A stretch of DNA of 20,000 nt from Catajapyx aquilonaris (Eukaryota), in the NCBI GenBank assembly GCA_000934665.2, contig KZ538455.1, positions 49,701-69,700 of the forward strand, given 5' to 3'. Within the stretch, counting starts at the first letter, position 1. Every line of letters begins with the position of its first letter. This document shows positions 12,106 to 20,000 of the stretch, one piece after another. The notes below the pieces were generated by a model, which had not been told where the DNA came from, did no database searches, and worked only from the letters and a program-made list of their open reading frames with translations. A program made the translations under genes and the position numbers.

Positions 12106-12108
<3 letters not shown>
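12046..12108. repeat. (ATT)n microsatellite forming the SINE tail
   Basis: Seen: a nearly pure ATT run of about 20 units immediately before the 3' TSD. Confidence 0.95.
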
Positions 12109-12110
<2 letters not shown>

Positions 12111-12334
12111 GCAAGATAAATATTAAATACGTATTAACATATTAGCTACATTGAAAAAATATTAACTGTGTTGAAAAATAGCTAAGTTGTAAAATATAAG
12201 CTGTAAATATTAGCCGTGTTAGAAGTAGCAGCCATCAACATTAGCAGGGTTGGAAATATCAGCTGTTAATATTAGTTTTCTAAATATTAGTTTTTAATAT
12301 TAGTTGGGGCGAAAAATTTTGGCTGGAGAAAAAT

Positions 12335-12900
12335 ATGGGCCCGAATCTTATGGACAACCTTTGCTGACTGATATATCATTGGTGTGGGGGCCACAGATGG
12401 AGCAAGATGGAGGGTCATGGTACCCTTCCCGTAGGGGTTATAGACGAGGGGTTTGAGAGGGTGAGGGGGGTTAGAATCGAGAGAAATCGATCAATATCGC
12501 ACGAGTTCGACGTTGGGGAGAAGCGAGAAGGTATATATATCGTATAAAGCTTGAAGGAATAAGGAGGGGGGGGGGGGGNNNNNNNNNNNNNNNNNNNNNN
12601 NNNNNNNNNNNNNNNNNNNNNNNNNNNNNNNNNNNNNNNNNNNNNNNNNNNNNNNNNNNNNNNNNNNNNNNNNNNNNNNNNNNNNNGGGGTGCGATTATC
12701 CAGCCGTGCGAGGAAGATGGCTTTCAGGTCCAAGCCCAAGATGAAATGGAGTTATAATAGAATATTCCAAGAGCCAAGATGGGATTTTCTTCAAGGGTGG
12801 TCTGGGGAGTTGGTGATTAGCATGATGCGGCTATGGACAGCCAGAGTCCGTGCACAAAGATGGCGCTTGCCTTCGCTCCGGTGCTTTTCGACTAGGGAGT
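12335..12900 (-). mobile_element. Possible degraded LINE RT relic spanning the assembly gap
   Basis: Minus strand: HSRIMLI (cf. YRPI.L), LDLKAIF (12733-12713; cf. LD.K.AF) and, after the gap, SVSKGCP*DSG (about 12371-12339; cf. KGCPQGS..GP of R1/LOA-type RTs). The evidence is weak. Confidence 0.3.
12579..12686. other. Assembly gap (108 N) flanked by poly-G
   Basis: Seen: an N run directly after a long G tract and followed by GGGG. A single N also lies in the G tract at 7443. Confidence 0.98.
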
Positions 12901-14717
12901 AGGGAAAAGCTTAACACAAATCCGGGTTTTGTGACGGGATATTGCTTGCCCCCAACTTAGAGTCGGGTTCACGAGTAGTTACAGATTGTGAACTTTGCCA
13001 AAAAGTTGGCAACACTGCCCTGACTGGACATCTGACACATAGGTGGCTCATCCTCCTGCTCTGTACGCCAATGATGACTCACCGCGGACAAACAAGCACA
13101 GACCCAAGCAAATTTTCATATTATAATTTGCTCTCTAATTAATATTTGTTTTACTAATTTATTAAATATTTTTGCATAAATTATTTCGTCGAATACGGTT
13201 CACACAAATTGCAACCGGATTCTATTGGGAAGGAGAGGCTGATTTATTCGTCTGAGCAATGGCCCTACCCAGCAGCCAGATAATTCACACTAAAAAATGA
13301 CCGTTCCATGCAAAAAAATTCGCAACTCCAAAAAAAATTAGGTTATTAGCACGTCCTGCAATTTAGTACCAGGCCCCCGTCAACACTGTCCGTCACCTCT
13401 CATCTGGTAACCAAATCCAATTGTGTATTTATATTGCCAAAAAAGGCTTAATCCATCCGGATATTGGTTACCTACCCGCTGAATGTACACCGCCGGCATT
13501 GAATGTTAATGAATTCGCGAATAATGAGGATAATGCCTCAGCTTATTTTGAGGGGGGGGGGGGTTGGCTAAAAAAAACACATACACAATAGTAGCATGGA
13601 AGCAAACCCCGTACTTTTTTTTTGTTTTTGAAAGCCTCTCTCTCGTTATTCAGCAGCGATAACAGCACGTTGCAGGACCTCCCACCGATAAATAACTGGT
13701 CGCCTTGTTGACTTATGCAGATAATGCCGGCGAAGACAAATGGCGGTTGCCATTACGCGTGCGGTTGCATAGATTTGTCACCGATCTCCAAAAGCTATTT
13801 TGCACACAACAAAAAACAAATGGGGGTTCACACGAGCGTCTTTCGCGGTTCCATTTCGTCATATCTATAATAGTCGCTGCGTTTATACACTATATCAATC
13901 CATGTTAATAGAAGGGAAGAGAGGGTAAGAGGAGGGGGGGCACACTTTGCACAAAATCAGAGGAGTAGTGCCATCCTATATACAGCAATGGCATAATAAT
14001 ACCCGCTGGCTTAAGCGGGAATAGCACATCATTTCTCATTAGGAAACTTGCGAGGGACTCAAATTACAACGAGCCTTCCTTTCCACCTTGCCAAAAGTAG
14101 CCCCCAGCCATGCGGGGCCAAGTTGGGAGGCAAAAGGGGTGGTGGTAAGGACTTGCTTAGGAGATGAACGTCTCTTCAGGGAAGTTCAAGACTAACTCAA
14201 AATGAAGGGTTCAAAAAATTTCTCTAAAATTATGTTGGGCACTTTACGTACAAGTATGTATATGCGATTAAGCTAATATTTTTCATAACAATTTTTGTCC
14301 GTAACTATCATGGCGCATCTTGCCACAGTTAGTTACCCTCCAAAATGTCAGATGAGTTAAGACCACTCTGTGAGTAACAACTCCCAGCGGAACAGTCGAT
14401 GCGGTCCGCCTAACGAAGCATGTTTGACTTGACATGTTTCAAAGTAACACATAACCTGAAATACAGCGAGGTCATAATAGCCCCCCCTCTGCCAGAAACG
14501 TATATGGCTTTAGCTGTTTATACCTCTCTGTCTCTTGTCGAATAATGCAAAGGGAGCGGGCGGAATTTCACCATGCATTCTGGCTAATGCCTTGCGAGCT
14601 GCACTTTGTTGCCAGTACAGCCAAGGTACTTACCTCTATCAACGTTTCAGCGCCCCGCATTACATACTCTGTGATGCATAACCGCCTCTGTATATCAGCA
14701 GACGAAAATTTAATCCA

Positions 14718-14800
14718 TTGAAAATATTAGGCTGCTTATGACATATTAGCGGTTAATATTAAGTTGAGTAAATTTAACAATTGAAAATATTAGCTATCGA
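14718..14800. repeat. Short copy of the AAAATATTAGCT-like array
   Basis: Seen: TTGAAAATATTAGG (14718), CATATTAGCG, TAATATTAAG and TTGAAAATATTAGCT (14781). Confidence 0.55.
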
Positions 14801-15139
14801 TATCTATGAGAACCAGTACAGGCTACATTTTGTCAAATGTACCGCATTAAATGTATGCCCCCCATCATTTCCCCCAACTCTCTCTCCCCCCAAACTTCCC
14901 AATTTATGTAATAGGCCCGGTGGAGATGCACTTGATGGAAGTAATTCGACGGTACGTCATGGCTCGTTGGATTCGCTTTAATTCGGCGATTCCTGAGGGG
15001 GAATGTTGCGTTGAGTCGCGTCAAGTGTTGCTCGATGCACCGAGTTATATTTCAAGTCCAGGGCTCAAAAGCAGTGGAAAATGTGCATTTTTTAAAAATT
15101 AAATAAGGGAGCGTGTGTGCATTGCGGTTAATTTTTCGG

Positions 15140-15176
15140 TCGATAGATGGCGACAGTGGTGAGCGCCATCTGTTGG
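15140..15176. promoter_or_regulatory. Convergent pair of CTCF-like motifs
   Basis: Seen: TCGATAGATGGCGAC (+, 15140-15154) and CCAACAGATGGCGCT (-, 15176-15162), forming an AGATGGCG...CGCCATCT inverted repeat. Confidence 0.45.
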
Positions 15177-18100
15177 CTAGAGGCTGAACTTTCTAGGCAT
15201 TTTTATAGCCGGCAATTACAGCCAGGCGTCATATTCCATTGGGGGTTTTTTTTTTCCTGGTTCGGGTGTCATGTAGTAATAAAAAGGACCCCCGAATGCG
15301 ATTTGGAAGACGCGCAACACAAATCCGGAGGAACCTTTTTGGGGGGTCCCAGGCAGTGGATCTGTGGGTGCAAACCTAAGAAATAAGAGCCTGCCAGCAG
15401 CAGAGAAGCCTTATCAGTCGTCGGTGCGGAAGCAGGGATTGGCTTTTACCCCGCTGGTGTAGTATATCGGAAACGTCTTCTCCTATCAAGGCGAAACCGG
15501 CAAAAAGAGAAGCTTCGCGGCCAAAAAAGAAGAAGCTCGGGGAGTCAATTGCGGTAACAGTGATGCAAGATATTCATTGGCGATGATATTATTCAGCGCA
15601 CTGTTCGTACGTTGTGTATATGACAAAGAGCTGAGCTTGGGCTTGCCAATCACGTCTGATATGACCATTTCCTTTTCTATTATGTTATGCGAGATGAGGG
15701 CCAGGAGAGTTGTGCTTGTTCCACCGGTGTGCAATCTGATGTATTTCGAGGCGTACTGTTCGTATATGCATGTCCGTCGCGTGGGAAATATCTGGCAGGG
15801 CCGGCGGTAATGGGTAGCTGTGTGGTAATCATATTAACCGGTTGATTAGGGGCAGAGGAAAACTGTTTTGAAGACCTCTTCCGGCCACACATTGAATGCA
15901 GGGTCGATGGGTTTAGCACTCTATTCAGCAAAACTGTATTGCATTTTTTTTTAAACAAATTAAAGTTATATTCAGATTCAGATATAGCATGGCACTAATG
16001 GATTCATTCGACAAAATTTAATTTCGCGATGTTATCAGGTTTACTGCAAAATCCGGCTTGTCAATTAAATTCGAACTAGCACCAGATACAGCTTTTTTTC
16101 GTTCTTTGGGGTGGGGGGGGGGGGGACTCCGTAACTCAATAGCCACGTGCCAAAAACACGACGTCCTCATGTCAACACCGAGATTGATGCGACTCGTCCC
16201 TTTAACAAAAAAAGGTGGAAAAACTAAAAATAATTTGGCCCCGACATTTTGGAGGAGTCTTCCTGACATATTGGCGTCGATGACATCCTCCATCTTCGTC
16301 TCTCATCTGAACCTGTCTCCAGCACAAATTCCTGCAAACATTTTTTTTGTGTGTGTGTGTGTGCAAAGTGTGTTCACAAGCTTCGAGAAAATGTCTCGAA
16401 TTCGCTCGAAAACACCTTTAAGGCATCAAAAACTTTCTTTAGTTTAAAACTTTAAATAGAACGGAACAAGACGATATCTCATCACTTTTCGAGTTATCCA
16501 AGTAGTAAATGAGGTTTGATCGCGCGAATGCAATTTCCTCCAACCCTTATTTGGACGGAAAAGAACGAGAGAAAAAAAAAAGTTGGAAAAAAGAAATACC
16601 TGGCGTCGCATTTAGACGCCGGCGCCTTGTCTTAAATGAATGGCGCTTCTAGCTCGAGGAAAATACCTTAAGGGCTGGAAGGCCTGCGGGAATTATTAAT
16701 TATAACAAATGTAGGTGGGAGTCCTCAGGCTGTCCAACAGGTAATGCCTTTGCATATAATATTCCGGGGGCAAGGACATTAATATGGCGGCAAAGGGGAT
16801 GTAACAGTCGCACTTTGGGGTAATTCTAGAGCAACTTGAGACGGCCATGGAAATGGGCATGCTGTTTGTCTGCCATGAGTAAATGTGAGAGTTTGCTTGC
16901 ATGACTTGCGGTTGTAATTGCATGTTGGTCTCAAAATAGTGTTTGGAATGGGAGGAATAATAATTAGGACATTTACTACAGCATTTCAACTGTACATATG
17001 TGTAAATGTGCAGATTTTATGGTGGTGTATACGCACTGAAAGTCCTGGGCCACATGGAGCTAGGCCTGCGCTCCGATATACCAAAATTCCTGTACTTAAA
17101 ATGTAATTAGGACCAGCTTGGTTTTAAAAAAAATTTCGCGCTCTGTACCCCCAGTGTTGGATACGTGTTTTTGCATCTTGCGACTAAGCCCAGGACACGT
17201 TTTCAGTGTCCGGATTTTACACACACACAAAAAAAAGAGGGGCAAAAGCGCGCAATTCAACGCTCCGGACATAAATCGCCGCTTTACACGCTCCAAATCA
17301 CTCCGCAGTGACGTCTCGCTTATTCCGGGCATCAGGACATGGTTTTGTAATCGATTTAACGCCAGCGTTATGGTCAAGGCATGGCATGCTCGGTTATTAG
17401 CCTTGTGTGAAAATTACCCAGCCCTATACTGGCCACATTGACGAATCTATGAAAAATTGTGTTAAAAAAATATTTAAAAATGAAATGGTTTGCTGATATG
17501 TCGCGATAAATAAATTTGGGAGAAAATTATGCACTGATGTTAATTTTGTACAATAGGTTGTTTATATTTTGGGAGAATATGTTGGGGCTAATTGGGTGTT
17601 TTGTCGAGTGGAATTTGATTGGCAATTGAATCCTAGTTAGACAGCAAAATGTTCGCAAAAATATGTTTGCAAAAATAGTGCTCTTTCCAGTATAAATGCA
17701 GGTGACAATCAAAGCCGAATGTAGTGCACAAATTAACCGGCGTAATTTATCAGATTTTCGCGCGCAAAAATAGTCGCATGTCATCCAAGCCCTCTCCGCT
17801 TTTAAATCCGGTCGTAATAATGGTGTGCACACACACAGACACACATACACATAAATGCGAGCGCCAATATAGCGACATGGCCCGAAGGCTTACGGACCAT
17901 TTGGCATTATTTTAAAAACTTTTTCGGGGGTTGCCGTCGTTGTTGATGAATAATTAATTAAATTAAGCCGGTTTTATGCTGACGCCCGCCGCTCATTAGA
18001 AACTCGCGGTGTTTTGCAACTGGATGACGTGTTATGTTATCCCCACATCCATTGTGTGTGTTTTACCGATCGGTTCATTGACGTCACGGGGATTTGGACC

Positions 18101-18389
18101 ATTTACCGGACGGGCCTTGTTGCCCCCCAATTTCTGTCACTTTCAATATAGGACCCACTAGTCGCTAACACTGCAATAGTGCAATATATCAATTCACCTG
18201 TCGCATATGAAAATCAGGTCCCTGTTACAATATGTGCATGTGGGGGAAGATCTAAAGCCAGGAAAGGATCCTATACGAATCGATACACTCACTGAAATAT
18301 ATCGATATATCGCCATTTTCAGCAAATATTTATATGCGAGTAACTACTATTTTTTTTAAAAAAAATACGACTGTCTCCTTTCATAATAA

Positions 18390-18960
18390 GTCAACCTCCG
18401 AAGCAGAGTCACGCCAGCCAAACCCTCTTGGCTCGAAACGACATAAGAAGTCAGTTGGAAAAGGTCCCGGATCCGAATACCAATCGAAGAGTGTGCTTGC
18501 AAAGCACCTCGGAAGAAGGCTTTGGGAGGGCCTCCCGTTTTCCCAATTACTTACACCTGGCGAGGCGTTTCCAGACGAGACCCCGGGAATTTGCGGTGCC
18601 CCCACTGATTATTGAGATCTCTCTCTGGTGCTTATATAGCAAGGCAACTCCTCGGCTCCTGATGGCTGGGGTGTGGCCTAGAGATCACTGTTTTGTGCAA
18701 GGTGAGTCTGCATTTGGAAGGTAGTAAGAGATCCCCCCCCCCCTTCCCCCAACCGTCCTGGAAAACCCATTTCCCATGGCTGTGCAGCCATGCAATTTGT
18801 ATGTGAGAGAGCTCCCCTCGGATCCAGTCTTCCATCGCAGACAACGCGTCTACCATGTCCCATCACATGTACCCTGGCACTACACTCGCTAACCCAAAGG
18901 GGCCGGGTTACGCTCCGGGCTTACGAGATGCCAACACGCTACCCCTACACACCCACCTTT
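18390..18960 (-). mobile_element. Highly degraded non-LTR retrotransposon (LINE; I/Nimb/Jockey-like) reverse transcriptase relic
   Basis: By-eye minus-strand translation with frameshifts gives motif-like segments in canonical order: GV-/-RGSVLA (~18953-18927; cf. GVPQGSVLS), MVDALS (18856; cf. YVDDL), W..SHG..F, then KTVISRPHPSHQEP (cf. KT....R....P), KFPG/GLVW (cf. KFLGL.FD), NWE.GR (cf. SWGADR) and GIRI (cf. GIRLATGAF). No single motif is intact. Confidence 0.45.
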
Positions 18961-18999
18961 AAAATAAGACCCATTTCGAGTCATATCCTAAATTCTATT

Positions 19000-20000
19000 A
19001 TTAGCTGATAATATCGCATTAGCTGTTCATATTAGCGATTGAGCTGCAGTAACAGCTATTTGGTTAGATCACAATAACCGCTATTTGTAGTACTAACTGC
19101 TAACTTTAGCTGATGTCATTAGCAGCGAATCTTAACTGTGCTTACAAAAACAGCCAATTTACATTTTCGGCTCATTTTAGCTACTGTGTTGCATCAACTG
19201 CTATTTGTAGCCATATCAGCTGACTTTAGTCATTAGAACACAATAACAGCTATTTGTAGTACTAACTGCTAATTTTAGCTGATGTAATTAGCAGCGAATC
19301 TTAACAACTGTGCTTACAAAAACAGCCATTTACGACATTTGCGGCTAATTTTAGCTACTGTGTTGCATCAACTGCTATTATTTTGTAGCCATATCTGCCA
19401 ATTTTAGCCATTAGAACACAATAACAGTTATTTGTAGTACTAACCGCTAATTTTAGCTGATGCCATTAGAAGCAAATTTTAACTTGTTACAAAAGCAGCC
19501 ATTTACATTTTCGGCTCATTTTAGCTACTGTATTGCATTAACTGCCATTTGCAGCCATATCTGCTAATTTTAGCCGAAGTCGTTAGCTGCTAGTTTTAGC
19601 AACTGTTGTCACGATAACAGCTCTTTACATCAACTCTTTTCGCTGTTGTGTTGCATTAAAAGCTATTTGTAGCATTAGCTGCTAATTTTAGCCTATCTAA
19701 TTAGCTGCGAATTTAAACTGTTGTGCTACAATAACAGCTATTTCCAGCATTAGCTGCTAATTTTAACAGCTATATTTCATTAACAGCTATTTGCAGCTTT
19801 CTTATTTGGCGGGTAATGACATCGGCTAAAATGAGCAGTTAGTCTACAAATTGCTCTTAATGCAGCACAGCAGCTATAATTAGCAGCTAATGCTGTAAAT
19901 AGTTGTTTTTGTAGCCACAATGATTAAAATTAGCAGCTAATTACACCAGCTAAAACTAGCAGTTTATATTATGCTATAAATAGATGTAGGGTAGCAGCTA
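19000..20000. repeat. Complex tandem array (~170-190-bp higher-order unit of TAGCT/TAGCAG-rich subunits) that inverts near 19810; possible foldback-type DNA transposon, truncated by the window end
   Basis: Seen: the anchor ACAATAAC/ACGATAAC occurs at 19071, 19240, 19418 and 19611. From 19816, AATGACATCGGCTAAAATGAGCAGTTAGTCTACAAAT is a near reverse complement of ATTTGTAGTACTAACTGCTAACTTTAGCTGATGTCATT (19083-19120). Confidence 0.85.

Larger units (their letters stand above)
11370..12305. repeat. Degenerate short-period array of (TTG)AAAATATTAGCT-like units, split by later insertions
   Basis: Seen: AATAT[T/C]AGC-like units recur at ~15-25-bp spacing in 11370-11530 and 12121-12305, on both sides of the 11530-11725 fragment and the SINE. 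The same unit family reappears at 14718-14800. Confidence 0.6.

Noticed and set aside
567..13015. Isolated TIR-like ends (TTGGCAACCC at ~569, CAGGGTTGCCA at 8762, TTGGCAACACTG at ~13006) and ATCG-rich patches (~8100-8195, ~18270-18315) resembling hAT MITE subtermini
   Set aside because: No convincing paired TIRs with a TSD could be established.
15500..15810. KYIRLHTGG as a C2H2 zinc-finger linker, or IRLHTGG..LALISH as a LINE RT domain 1-2 relic (minus strand)
   Set aside because: The Cys/His spacing does not fit a zinc finger. The RT reading rests on two loose motifs, which is too weak to list as a feature.
16058..16447. 129-aa ORF as a mariner/Tc1 transposase remnant (FWRSLPDILASM, cf. WPP.SPDLNP)
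   Set aside because: Similarity is marginal, catalytic residues are not identifiable, and the ORF includes homopolymer and (GT)n runs.
16700..16900. Possible Gypsy RNase H relic (PKCDCYIPFAAILM, cf. CDAS.YG.GAVL) on the minus strand
   Set aside because: A single loose motif that cannot be distinguished from chance.
19000..19800. CRISPR-like repeat array
   Set aside because: Whole units are degenerate copies of each other, with no invariant repeat plus unique spacers. The context is eukaryotic and there are no cas genes.

Overview
This looks like non-coding eukaryotic DNA, probably from an arthropod (inferred from the SINE type), with one 108-N assembly gap. I see no intact protein-coding gene, rRNA or CRISPR array, and the listed ORFs look like chance ORFs or decayed transposon remains. 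Four things are well supported: (1) a 335-bp Tc1/mariner-type MITE (2661-2995) with ~86-bp terminal inverted repeats, a TA target duplication and a nested internal hairpin; (2) a complete tRNA-derived SINE (11777-12105) with a perfect B box, an (ATT)n tail and a perfect 15-bp target-site duplication; (3) several AT-rich minisatellites; (4) a ~170-190-bp tandem array at the right end that reverses orientation near 19810, like a foldback element. Weaker, by-eye evidence suggests several heavily deleted retroelement relics (LINE reverse transcriptase, Gypsy RNase H-integrase), mostly on the minus strand. Two similarly built convergent pairs of CTCF-like motifs are also present. I cannot support a claim of a genuinely new biological system. 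The best leads are the foldback array, the paired CTCF-like palindromes and the strand-biased, collapsed retroelement relics.
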